A DNA stretch of 64,000 nt, taken from positions 6,262,001-6,326,000 of the forward strand of contig CM075979.1 of NCBI GenBank assembly GCA_038087875.1, in the 5' to 3' direction. The translations under genes were made by a program, and so were the position numbers. The stretch is from Malacoraja senta. Its lineage: Eukaryota. Positions 1 to 11,868 of this stretch are shown here, piece after piece (the first letter of the stretch is position 1; each line of letters begins with the position of its first letter). The notes under the pieces are model-generated. The model ran no database searches and had not been told where the DNA came from. It worked only from the letters and a program-made list of their open reading frames with translations.

Positions 1-278
1 ACACCGTGGGAGCGCTGTACTCCAATGCTAATGAATTGTCTTCATTGCAGTTGAATTCATGTGCAATGCATTCAAGGCATTGAATGTTTATTGAGACCCG
101 AGGATTATATATGTAAGGCGCAAGTAACCTTATATAGTCATTTCAATGCGAGACTCTGCTTTCTGTCACGGAGTTGTAACTTCAGAATAGTTGTTACTCC
201 AATGAGACGTCGCAGGGATGTGGCCATACTCCACACTGAGCAGAAATGTAAATGCAAACCTACATTTATTGTAGTATG

Positions 279-400
279 TGTCGGAAGGAACTGCAGATGC
301 TGGTTTCAACCGAGGATAGACACAAAAAGCTGGAGTAACTCAGAGGGACAGGCAGCATCTCTGGAGAGAAGGTATAGGCGATGTTTCGGGTTGAGACCCT
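279..400 (-). mobile_element. Penelope-like terminal repeat fragment
   Basis: Matches reverse complement of the recurrent unit GAAGGGTCTCGACCCGAAAC...AGATGCTGCCTG...GAGTTACTCCAGC...CAGCATCTGCAGTTCCTTC. Confidence 0.75.
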
Positions 401-909
401 GCATTGTGGTATGTTTGTGATTGGTTTTTCTTGCTAGTATTTCTGCGCATCTACTATCCGAATAGCGCACCGCATGCTTTTGAGATTTCGGCATATTTTA
501 CGGGCATTATAGCTGCACAATGCCGTTTCACGGGTTTTATAATGGACATTGTTATTCCTCTATGAAAACAAGATGATTAGTCGGCGGTTCGTTTATCATT
601 GGGTCTTGCAGCTGGTAGTACCTGACTCACCGGAACAGTCCCAACGCGAACATCGGTCCCAATGCGGTTCCCAATGCTGGTTTATTGCGGGTTCTAAAGA
701 AGGGTCTCAACCCGAAACGTCACCCATTCCTTCTCTCCACAGATGCTGCCTGTCCCGCTGAGTTACTCCAGCTTTTTGTGTCTACCTTCGGTTCTAAAGC
801 ACGTTGCCCTGCAAGCATTCGGGGGGTATTCTAAGTCTACCACGTTTCATTAAAGTAAAATACAACACATCGTCCTATTTTGGCTTCTAATGTAATTTAC
901 TTGACTGAG

Positions 910-1090
910 ACTCAGGTTTTCAAGGGAGTGTTAGATTTAGCTCTTGGGGCTAACTGAATCAAGGGATTACGGGGGAAAAGCAGGAACGGGGTTCTGATTT
1001 TGGATGATCAGCCATGATCATATTGAATGGCGGTGCTGGCTCGAAGGGCCGAATGGCCTACTCCTGCACCTATTTTCTATGTTTCTATGA
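910..1090 (+). mobile_element. CR1-type LINE 3' end
   Basis: GATCAGCCATGATCATATTGAATGGCGG...GGGCCGAATGGCCTACTCCTGCACCTATTTTCTATGTTTCTATG tail shared with the coding CR1 copy at 58.3-59.2 kb. Confidence 0.85.
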
Positions 1091-1854
1091 GACTTCGTGA
1101 ATTCCCCTGATCTCCCAGAGTGGAACTGTTCCAGGGTGTGACACATCGGGCCCAGATGCCAAAGGACAAAGTTATCAGCAAAATAATGGCTTGAACCGCA
1201 ACTCTACCCGGTTCCATGTCCGGAGTCGCTGAACTTGTGTTAGGAAATCAATCCGGAGGCATAAGTAGTTTATCTCCAGTAAAGCTGTCATCTTGTTTAA
1301 CCGTCTCTGGAGAAGCCAACCCTTTAGCCACATTTGCAAGGGTTTATCCTCGCACGCGTCACTTCCCATGAAAGCCCACTGACAAAATGCAATCCTAATT
1401 CGTTGCGCCAGCTAGAAACTAGACTCAAATTTGTTTTCTTAAGACCACAAAGCGGTTTAAATTGTTACCGTTCTCTCAACCTTTTGTGCCTTGTGTATCC
1501 CCCGATATCCCATTAAGAGTAATGAACTGCCGCATGGCCTCAACTGGGATTAATTGGAATTAGTAGTTGAATAGGCAGCACCAGAACGTTACACTTATTA
1601 CTAACAGCACAGATTTTTTTATTTTTTATTTAATAACATGGTGATTATCATCGTTTAGAGTACGCAGAAAACAACTCGTGTACTAAGACCATCTTGCAAT
1701 CACCTGTGTCATCTGAGCTTTAATTATCTCAGATGAAAGCAAAGATCTTAAAGGGTTAAGAAGATTTATGGATGTGGAGACCGGCAATAAAAATGGTAAA
1801 CGGAGCGACTGCTTTACCATCTATCTTATTCAAGAGCAAAATAAATAGCGGGAG

Positions 1855-2400
1855 AAAAAGATAGACACAACAATGCTGGAGTGACTCAGCGGACCAGGCA
1901 GCATCTCTGGAGGGAAGGAATGGATGACTCGGGTCGAGTTAGGAAACTTTTGGAAACGTTAGGACAGTTATGACTGAGGCGAAACAAAAAGTCAAAAGAA
2001 CCGCAGAGAACGTTCCCCTGACTCTCAGTCTGAAGTCTGAAGAAGGGTCTCGACCCGAAAAGTCACATATTCCTTCCCTCCAGAGATGCTGTCTGACCCG
2101 CTGAGTTACTCCAGTTTTTATTATTTTTTTGTCTATCTTCGGTTTAAACCAGCATCTGCGGTTCCTTCCTACGCAAAAACAAAGAAGATGCTCCCGTTTG
2201 GAAGTTGTTTGATGTGAAATGCAGTGGGATGTGGACTCTTGCAAAATTAAGGGGGCTCTACTGTTCAAAGTCAATAACGTTCTCTGGAGACTGACACACA
2301 AAAAAAGCTGGAGTAACGCAGCGGGTCAGGCAGCATCCCTGGAGTAAATGTGTGGCTGACGTTTCGGGTCGAGACCTTTCTTCAGACTGAGAGTCAGAGA
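1855..2400. mobile_element. Cluster of three Penelope-like terminal repeats (-,+,-) in fgf3 intron 1
   Basis: Units at ~1855-1940, ~2015-2175 and ~2293-2400; hammerhead-like core CTGAAGAAGGGTCTCGACCCGAAA at ~2037-2060. Confidence 0.75.
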
Positions 2401-2728
2401 AACGTTCTCTGGGGTGGCTTCGACTTTTTGTTTCGCCTTTTAGTCATGACTTTTAAAAAAAAGTTTCCTAACTTTCATAATCATGTGTACACATTGTGTT
2501 TGCCAGCAAAGAATCTCCCTGTGCCTAGTCACATGTGACAATAAAAGTATTCCTATTCCTATTCCTATTCCCACTCCTATTCAGTTCAGTTCATCAGGGT
2601 TTTATATTAGGAATATTTTGGCTGTTAAAATCTTGTTCTGGCGTGTTGTCACAACTCGCGTCTTCCTCTGCTGTTATATCGGGGCATTATTCAAAGCGCG
2701 TATCTTCACCCCCCGTTCCTTCTTTCAG

Positions 2729-2832
2729 GTATCTTGGAAATAACTGCTGTCGATGTAGGAGTGGTGGCGATCAAGGGGTTGTTTTCGGGTAGATATTTGG
2801 CCATGAACAGAAGAGGCCGCGTGTACGCGTCG
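2729..2832 (+). CDS. fgf3: Fibroblast growth factor 3, coding exon 2 (104 bp)
   Basis: Acceptor tctttcAG|GT ATC; translates (S)[34 protein letters not shown]; donor TCG|GTAAG at 2833. The 104-bp phase1/phase0 middle exon is canonical for FGF genes and the peptide matches FGF3. Confidence 0.96.
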
Positions 2833-3969
2833 GTAAGTTGATTATTTCATATTAAATATGTGTTCATATTGCTATGGGGAGGTCATGCCTCGCTAGGTTG
2901 CTATATATATGCAGAGTGCTTGAAGAACTTTTCTTTCCCATCGTCTGTATCAATGAGAAATTCCTTCACTTGTGAATTCGTTCATCCATTCATTCATTAA
3001 ATGGTATTTAATGAAATATCCTAAAATAAAACGAACTCAATATTTTACACGGCTACCTTATGGCAGATGGACAATGCACCTGTTAAAGTTTCTTTATATA
3101 AGGAACTGATGTCTGCTATTAACAATGACACTTAAAAAAAACACACAGCCAAAAAAACTATTGATGAGGGAAAGTGAGGGTATACCAGGTCTGAAGGAGG
3201 GTCTCGACCCGAAACGTCGCCCATTCCTTCTATCCAGAAATGCTGCCTGTCCCGCTGAGTTACTCCTGCATTTTGTGTCTGTCTTCGGTGTAAACCAGCA
3301 TCTGCAGTTCCTTCCTACACATCCCCCATGTCTGTCAACATGTTTTGTCAACTCGCCCCTTCCCACTTCCACTATAATGGGGGGGGGGGGGGGGGGGGTT
3401 CAACGGGGTTGTACAAATATTCATGCTGTTTAGTTTATTTGATGATTCATGAGATCCCGAGAATGCTTTAAAATAATCTGACGAAGAACAGCCCAGCGGA
3501 TGGCAAACCACGAGTTTAAAGTTGATTTCAGAGGGTAGAAGCATTTGAAGTGGTCCGCTGAATACGAAGGAGATGGACAGATCAGTAAAGGGATTCGCCG
3601 GAAGAAAGCTACAAGAAGGAGAGAGAATGGAGATTCTGGTTCTCAAAGTTCCCAACAAACTGTAAATGCTGGAACCTTGTGTAAAACACACAAAGCGGTG
3701 GAACTCATCGGGGCGAGGCAGCATCTCAGCTGGGAAACGGACTGGTGACATTTCGGGTCGGGACACTTCTTCAAACGTTTCCTACATCTTCTGCAACCTC
3801 CTCTCTAGCTCTCACTTGGAAGTACATAAGATGCGACGAAGCAGTGGGCCACGTGTAACTAGAACGCCTTTTTTCGTGAGCAAAACAGAAAGTGGCGGAG
3901 TGACTCGGCGGGTCAGGCAGCATCTGTGGAGGGAAGAATGCACAGGCAACGCTTCTGGTTCGGACCCTT

Positions 3970-4690
3970 CTTTTTTTTTTTAATTGTTATTTTATTGGTA
4001 GCAATTGTACAGAAAAGAATGACTTAAGAGTTCTACAACTCCAGCACAGCTTCAATTTTAACATTTTACAAACAGAATATTAAATTGAAATAAGAAAAAA
4101 AGAGAGAAGAAAGGAAAGAGAAAGATGAAAAGAAGGAGAAAGAAGAGGAGATATGTCCGTCGACCCACCCACGCGCCCCTCACCCAGCCTTACAATCAGT
4201 TTTGAGTTTGTGTTCGACCACTGTATTGTTCAAGAAATTCAATAAAAGGAGACCATATTTTCAAAAATTGATTTGGTTTGTCAGTCAAGACAAACCTATT
4301 TTTTCTAGATGTACATAGATACATAGATACATAGAAAATAGGTGCAGGAGTAGGCCATTCGGCCCTTCGAGCCTGCACCGCCATTCAATATGATCATGGC
4401 TGATCATCCAACTCAGTATCCCATCCCTGCCTTCTCTCCATACCCCCTGATCCCTTTAGCCACAAGGGCCACATCTAACTCCCTCTTAAATATAGCCAAT
4501 GAACTGGCCTCAACTACCCTCTGTGGCAGAGAGTTCCAGAGATTCACCACTCTCTGTGTGAAAACGTTTTTCCTCATCTCGGTCTTAAAGGATTTCCCCC
4601 TTATCCTTAAGCTGTGACCCCTTGTCCTGGACTTCCCCAACATGTAGTGTCTCTGGCGTTTCCGTAATCCACATCTTCACTGAGGGGAGT
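3970..4690 (-). mobile_element. L1-clade LINE 3' end with poly(A), interrupted by a CR1 copy
   Basis: T-run at 3971-3981; minus strand reads LPSVKMWITETPETLH|LEK..RFVLTDKPNQFLKIWSPFIEFL (L1 ORF2 C-terminus style), split at an ATGTA duplication by the CR1 at ~4314-4642. Confidence 0.65.
4314..4642 (-). mobile_element. CR1-type LINE 3' end (young subfamily)
   Basis: MLGKSRTRGHSLRIRGKSFKTEMRKNVFTQRVVNLWNSLPQ..., nearly identical to 58.9-59.2 kb; (TCTATGTA)n tail. Confidence 0.9.
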
Positions 4691-6214
4691 TCGGACCCTT
4701 CTTCACACCCTTAACGCTGCCTGTCCAGTCTCTGAGCAGATGCTGCCTGGCCCGCTATGTTGTTCCAACTCTTTGTGTTTTGGTCAAGTTTCCAGCAACT
4801 GCCGTTCTTGATATCTCCTAGAATGGCTTTCATGGCCGTTTGTGACCGGCGGTAAACGTTTGGCATGAATGTCGCGAATGGAATAGACCGTTTCCCCCTT
4901 TCGCTTCTGAAGTCACCAACACGTTTGCAGCCATTTTCTGACGAGTCGGCGTCTAGTTCAAACCCCTTCCCACGCCACTCCCACCTCTGCAAGAACAAGG
5001 TGGGCGGTGCTCCCACCGTGAGACCCCCCCCCCCCCGGTGGAGAGACGCAAACCAAAGGCCACACAAGTGGCTACACGGCTTGAAGTCTGTGCATAACCA
5101 CTGTGGAAAATCACCCAGCACTTTTGTGCCTATTTCCTTCGCTCCATAGATGCTGCTGCACCCGCTGAGTTTCTCCAGCACTTTTGTCTACCTTCGATTT
5201 TCCAGCATCTGCAGTTCCTTCTTAAACACCACACTTTCAAATCCTGTCTGAAGGAAGGTTCAAGTTTCCCACCCGAAAACGTCACCCATTCCTTCTCTCC
5301 AGAGATGCTGTCTGTCCCGCTGAGTTACTCCAGCACTTTGTGTCTATCTTCGGTGTAAAACAGCATTCTACACACTCTTATTCTGACAAGCAGAAAGACA
5401 CCTTTTGAAGTTGAAGTATATTTCCACCACTCTCTGTGTGAAAACGTTGCCCCTCCGGTTCCTATTAAATCTTCCCCCTTCTCATCTTAACTTCTCACCG
5501 TCGCATCAAACTTTCAAATCAACTATTTCACGGACAAAGGTACACAAAAATGCTGGAGAAACTCAGCGGGTGCAGCAGCATCTATGGAGCGAAGGAAATA
5601 GGTAACGTTTCGGGCCGAAACCCTTCTTCAGATGTTGATTCGCGATTTCCAATTCGCGACCGGGCTAACCGCACTGGAGTCAGACTCAAGCCCGGCTTTG
5701 CTGTATCTTCAAGGCAAATAGTTAGTTGGTTTAAGGCTATGCAGAGTACATGCATAAGTGTGGAAAAGTTAACTGTATGCGTTTACATTCAACATGACAC
5801 TTGAAGTTGGGTCCTGGTCTTTTCACGCCTCCAGTTCTCCTCCCCTACTTTGGTTCTGGATACCCGATCCGAAACATCACCTATCCACCCCCTTTTCTCC
5901 AGCGATGCTGCCTGGCCCCCTGAGTTACTCCAGCAGTTTGTATCTATTTTTGGTATAAACCAGCATCTGCAGTTCCCTTCCTACACAAGCAGCGGTTATG
6001 CATGGACAACACTAACCCACTGACCAAGAGGTCTTTGCTAAAGCCAATGCCTTTCAAACCTGTCCCGCCGAGTTACTCCAGCATTCCTTCCTATCATATC
6101 CGAACTGTTCATTCCCGGTTGCTAGTTTGTACCCTTTTCTCATGTCATTCTGAGATGTGTGCGCCAAGATTTGATCTAAAGAGTGTGGGCACACACGAAA
6201 TTTCCGTTTCAAGT

Positions 6215-6315
6215 CCTCCCTTCCCCCTGCTCCTCCCTCCTTCCCCCTCCCCCTCCTCCCATCCCCTCCACCTCCTCCCATCCCCTCCACCTCCTCCCAT
6301 CCCCTCCACTCCCCC
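6215..6315. repeat. C-rich low-complexity tandem repeat
   Basis: Repeats of CCCCTCCACCTCCTCCCAT; G-rich on the minus strand. Confidence 0.8.
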
Positions 6316-7692
6316 GTACGGTCTTTTCTCTGATATCAGGGGCTTCAAATCTCTTTATCTGTTCAAAGTAGGACTGCACACAGAAACGGTTCACACGCTG
6401 CAACTCTCTTATCTGTGATCAGATTGCTGCAGTCCTAATGGCCGCGTGTTCAATGTGCCCCACTGTTTCAATCAATGCAGTTCTATCCTTGATCGGCTGA
6501 TATCCTCGCAGACACATAAATGAGCAAAAGTGGTGGTTCCCATCAGGGGTTGATAATCTGATGTGTACCATGTACTCTGTTTAGGGGTAAGAAAGCAATT
6601 GGCAATCACCACTTCCGACTATTTTTTTTATTTGATAAGTGCTTTTGAAATTCAATGTGCAATTACTATAACAAAAAAAAGGTCTGTTTTATAAGGTCGA
6701 GGTTGTTAACTTTGAGGGCGGGGGAGTGGGGAGGGGGGGGAGGGGGTGTGAGAGAGAAGCAATATCCTTTACACCTACATAATTAGTACAGCTGTTACAA
6801 AATTGTTGCTAGCCCTGATTGTCATTAATTTACTGGGAAATATTCATGTACTATATTATCTGATTTAATTGGACAGCAAGCAAACAGAAGTTTATTGCCG
6901 TGTTACTTTTTACTGCACATTTGACAATAATAAACCAATCACTGGACTCTGAGTCTGTCAGTGTATATCACTGAAGATAGACATTAAATGCTGGAATAAC
7001 TCAGCTGGTCAGGCAACGTCTCTGGAGAAAAAAAGAGTAGGTGATGTTTCTACAGAAATGCTGCCTGATCCGCTGAGTTACTCCAGCTTTTTGTGTCTAT
7101 CTTCTGTTTAAACCAGGCTGAAGAAGGGTCTTGACCCAAAACGTCACCCATTCCTTCTATGCAGAGATGCTGCCTGTATCGCTGAGTTAGTCCAGCATGT
7201 TGTGTCAATCTGCAGTTCCTTACTACACAGTATATTAGAGGCACCGAACATAGAATATTGAACATAGGACGTAGAACAGTTCAGCACAGGAACAGGCCCT
7301 TCGGCCCACAATGTCCGTGCCGAACATGATGCCGAGTTAAACTGATCGCGTCTGCTTGTACTTGACCCATATCCCTCAATCCCTTGCACTTCCATGTGCC
7401 TATCTCAAAACCTCTTAAATGCCACAGTCATATCTACCTCCATCACCACCGTGGCAATGCTGGTATCGATTTGTATTGCAAAGGAATAAAGGTAACTTTC
7501 GTAACTAAGCTTGAGTTGAATTTGAGAGGGAAATAACCTAAGGAGTCATTATAATCTCAATATGTTATTTCGTTAGCCTTCGTTGAAGTTGGCTAAATTG
7601 GCTTGATATGGGGTCGTCTGGCTGCATATATTTTAATCACCCAATCGGCCGGAGTGCAGTAGGTGACCAAGCGCGGACCATGTTGTTCGCTT

Positions 7693-8478
7693 TGTGTAAG
7701 AAGTGAACTGCAGATGCTGGTTTACACCGAAGATAGACACAAAATTCTGGAGTTACTCAACGGGACAGGCAGCATCCCTGGAGAGAAGAAATGGGTGGCG
7801 TTTCGGGTCGAGGCTCTTCTTCAGACTGAGAGTCAGGGGAGGGGGAGACTTGAGATGCTGGGGTAAGATGTGAAAATGACAGATCAAAGCAGACGAGGGT
7901 TAAGGAAATGTGGTTTGGTCACAAAACGCTGGAGTTACCCAGCGGGTTATTCAGCGTGTCTCGCCGAGCTACTCCAGCATTTTGTGTCTATCTTAAATGA
8001 AACTAGCATCTGCAGTTCCTTCCCACAAAAATGTAGAATGGTTCATTGTTAGCTGAGGGGAAGGTGGCAACGAGGCATACAATCAGTAAAATAGCAGTAA
8101 CATTAATCAGGAGGACAGTGAAACTAGTCTACTATGTTCTGTTGAGCTGAAGCAAAGCAAGAATTTCATTGTCCTATCAGGGACACATGACAATAAACTC
8201 TCTTGAATCTTGAAACTAGTCGGCAAACTAGTGTGGGGGAGGTTCGGAGAGAGAGGGAAAGCAAGGGTTCCTTGAAGTTAGAGAAATCAATAGTCGTACT
8301 GAAGGAAGAAGGGTCTGAAGAAGGGTCTCGACCCGAAACATCACCCATTCCTTCTCTCCAGAGATGCTGCCTGACCCGCTGAGTAACTCCAGCATTCTGT
8401 GTCATACCGCTGGGTTGTAAGCCGCCCAAGCGAAATCTAAGGTGCTGTTCCTCCAATTTGCGTCGGGCCTCACTCTGA
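7693..8478 (-). mobile_element. Penelope-like element 3' portion: GIY-YIG endonuclease C-terminus, 3'UTR and hammerhead-bearing terminal repeat, with nested insertions
   Basis: After removing the nested insert at ~8293-8402, the minus strand reads QSEARRKLEEQHLRFRLGGLQPSGM.IDFSNFK, a typical PLE GIY-YIG C-terminal motif. It runs through a ~430 bp UTR into CTGACTCTCAGTCTGAAGAAGAGCCTCGACCCGAAAC and the abundant short repeat. Confidence 0.8.
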
Positions 8479-8594
8479 TTCGCTTTGTTCCATTCAGGTA
8501 CGAAGTTGTTTTCACTCCTTCCAATGGGGAACTATGAGGTGTAGGCATCCCTGCTATTTAGATATGTGTTTTCCAAATACGTCAAATTGAAAAG

Positions 8595-10000
8595 TTTTTT
8601 TTCCAAAATTAAACTTTATTTGGAATTAAAACATGCAGACAAAATCAAAAACTGTTCAAAAACACATTCTCAATGTCCATACATTCAATAGTGTCATACT
8701 CAGTTTGCATCTATCTTTACACAAAACATCTTTGCCACGCATATGGCCCTTGGGGTGATATGTCTTTCCTTCTTTGAGGGGTGTCTCCACCACACCCTGC
8801 CCCCCCCCACCCCTCCCCCAATGTGCAGCAGCTGAAGGACCCTAGACTGTGGTCCTCCCCCACAGAGCCTTGAAGAGATTAAAACACCAGAAGACAGCTT
8901 GTCCTTACTGAAGGATTTGGATGCTCTCTGTGAGTGGGGGAAAAACCTGGCGGATGTCATTCAATAAAACCGAATGTCATACCATGCATGTCTCACACAA
9001 GACCAAACAACTTTTATCAGAATACAACATGGGTAGCCATACATTGCTTGCTGTCGACCATCATCCATACCTAGGAGTCGAATTAAGTAAAGATTTAAGT
9101 TGGGCGACGCATATTAGTCAAGTGTCCAACAAAGTAATTAGAACTCTCGGCCTACTCAAAAGAAATTTTCACGCATGTAGTACATCCATCAAAGAGAATG
9201 CCTACAGGTCCTTGGTCCAAATTGGAGTATTGTGGAGCCGTATGGGATCCTTTCAACAACAACAACAAGAAGATTACCCTGGAGAAAGTACAACGCCGAG
9301 CAGCCCGCTTTGTGTTTAATGACTACAAGCGCAAATCAAGCGTGAATAATATGCTGACTTCTCTCGGATGGGATACCCTAGAGCTCCGCAGAATCAGGCT
9401 AAGACATATTGCAATTTACAAGGAGATTCACAAAATCACGCCATCAAATCTCCCGTCATCCCAGAGCACCGACTGCCATGAAAAAGGAAAAATAACGGTC
9501 CCTACATCATCAACTAGCTAAATTTCATAAACTTTGCTACCAATATTCCCTTTACCCTAGGACGATAAGGGAATGGAATATGTTACCACCTAACACACAT
9601 GCTGCTCCCGATGTTAAGTAATTTACAAAGGAGATTGAGCAGCTAGATCTCCTCAACTTGGTCAAAAAGGCCCACTTCAAAATGTAATCGCTACTCTACT
9701 CACTTCGACCTGTGCGAGATAACCACTGATGAGATGTTTGCGCAGTAATCAACCAGAACCAGAACCAGACATTGGCTGCACCGAGCTTCAGTTCATCCCT
9801 CAGCATGTACTTCCGTAGCCTGGAGCTGGCCAGTCGGCAACATTCCCTGATGGTCATCTCGTTCTGCTGGGCGATCAACAAGTTTCGGACAGAGCAGAGA
9901 GAGTTGATGACCATCCAGCACCTCTCAGAATGTGCTCCTGGGAACAGACCTGGGAAAAACAGAGAGTCCTCTTCACGGAGCTGTTTGGGATGAATGGTCA
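8595..10000 (-). mobile_element. Tx1/L1-clade LINE 3' end split by a CR1-clade insertion
   Basis: Minus-strand peptide ...ECCRLASSRLRKYMLRDELKLGAAN (ending at ~9770) continues as KALWGRTTV-stop (8871-8842), followed by a UTR with AATAAA. Confidence 0.7.
8873..9769 (+). mobile_element. Divergent CR1-clade LINE 3' fragment (RT C-terminus, frameshifted)
   Basis: WRMSFN..C..M, HPYLGVELSKDLSW..HI, LEYCGAVWDP, LEKVQRRAARFV, LGWDTLELRR motifs; (ACCAGA)n tail at 9752-9769. Confidence 0.85.
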
Positions 10001-10512
10001 AATTGAAAGTCATCACAGTTGTCACCAGTGATGACTTGCGTCTGTTATTGATGGATCATGTGCTCAATTAATGTGATCTCGTCCTGAAACATCACTCATT
10101 CCTTCTCTCCCAAGATGCTGCCTGTCCCGTTGAGTTACTCCTGCATTTTATGTCTACCATCAATGTACAGTATTGGGTGAATACACAGTATTTTGCCCAG
10201 GGTATGGGAATCGAGAACTGGAGGACATAGGTTTAAGGTGAGAGAGGGGAAGGGGGGGGGGGGGGGTAAGATTTAAGAGGAGCCCGATGGGTGCTTTTTC
10301 ACACAAAGGGTGGTGGGTGTATGCAGCAAGCTGCTAGAGAAGGTGCTTGAGGCAGGTACGACATCAACAATTAAAAGTCAGTTGGACGGGTGCATGGCAG
10401 GAAAGGTTTAGAGGGTCTCGACACAAACCATCATCATCCCATTCTTTCTCACCGGAGATGCTGTCTGTCCTGCCGAGTTATTCCAGAATTTAGTGTCTAT
10501 CAAGGCAGAGTA

Positions 10513-10706
10513 CAGGGGTTCCCAACCTTTTTTGTCCCGTTTACCCCTGGCAACTTGAATAGCACGTAACAATGTTATTTCACTTATTGATGAACAACTA
10601 ATGATGAACAGATCCAGAACCAAACACAGTCAGTCAATGAGAAAAAATATGTACAAATCCACAATCAACAAATTTACCCCCTGGGTAGGCGAAATTTAGG
10701 TTGGGC
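10513..10706. mobile_element. Possible hAT/Charlie-like MITE remnant
   Basis: Starts CAGGGGTTCCCAACCT (Charlie-type terminus); only a partial inverted end AGGTTGGG at ~10698-10705; TTTACCCC subterminal motifs. Confidence 0.4.
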
Positions 10707-10910
10707 CGAAGGGCCTGTTTCCTTGCTGTATGACCACAGGGCTATATGGACCACCAGACTAGTGAACACAACACACTATCTCAGCTATAAACCATTATGG
10801 ACTGACTTTGATTGACTTATGGTCAATGGCTTTTTTTGTACTGATACTGTTCTTAACAATTTGTTGATTTTAATGTTTATTATATTTTATCTCTGTGTAT
10901 TGTGTTTATA

Positions 10911-11129
10911 AACAATAGACAAGAGGTGCAGGAGAAGGCCATTCGGCCCTTCGAGCCAGCACCGCCATTCAATGTGATCATGGCTGATCATCCCCAATCA
11001 GTACCCCGTTCCTGCCTTCTCCCCATATCCCCCTGACTCCGCTATCTTTAAGAGCCCTATCCAGCTCTCTCTTGAAAGTATCCAGAGAACCGGCCTCCAC
11101 CGCCCTCTGAGGCAGAAAATTCCACAGAC
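10911..11129 (-). mobile_element. CR1-type LINE 3' end
   Basis: Reverse complement of the CR1 tail, (TATTGTC)n-type end; same subfamily as 15645-16378 and 63378-63768. Confidence 0.85.
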
Positions 11130-11638
11130 ATAGGCATGTTATGTTGCCGCAAGTACGAATTGTTTAGTTGTCGGTACATATGAGAATTGAACACACAAAA
11201 TGCTGGAGTAACTCAGCGGGTCAGGCAACATCTCTGGAGAAAAGTAATAGGTCCTACTCCGTTGTTCCATTGTTCGCATCCTTGTATCCTTCTCGTTAAC
11301 ACATCTTCCCCAGCCAACAATGGGCCATTATGGGCTTCACCCTTCCTGAGGTCATCTGTTGCCGGCTCTGAATAGTTCCGGCCTTCTCTTGCCTCCATTT
11401 CCCCTCTCCCCTCCCACCCCCCTCCCTCCCCACCTCTATCTATCAGCCTGAAGGAAGGTTCCCACCCGAAACGTCACCTTTTCCTTTTTCTCCAGACGTA
11501 CTGTCTGACCCGCTGAGTTACTGCAGCATTTTGTGTCAGTCTGCGGCATAAACCAGCATCTGCAGTTACTTCCCAAATAATTAAACACCCCTGGCAACTT
11601 CCCTAATGATGGGAAGAGGTTAGACTAGATAAGTGGTT

Positions 11639-11840
11639 TGGAAGGAACTGCAGATGTTGGTTTAAACCGAAGATAGATACAAAATAGCTGGAGTAACTCA
11701 GCGGGACAAGCAGCATCTCTGGAGAAGGAATGGGCGATGTTTCGGTTATTTAATGGTCATAAATTGAAACGTCACCCATTCCTTCTCTCCAGAGATGCTG
11801 CCTGTCCCGCTGAGTTACTCCAGCTTTTTGTTTCTATCTG
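11639..11840. mobile_element. Inverted (palindromic) Penelope-like terminal-repeat insertion
   Basis: Minus arm then plus arm; flanked by direct repeat AGATAAGTGGTT (11627-11638 and 11841-11852). Confidence 0.8.
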
Positions 11841-11868
11841 AGATAAGTGGTTAGGTGTATATACCTTA

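Noticed and set aside
1-2728. fgf3 coding exon 1
   Set aside because: No signal peptide or RRRKLYCATKYHLQ-type motif found in any listed ORF or by eye; the exon must lie upstream of the window.
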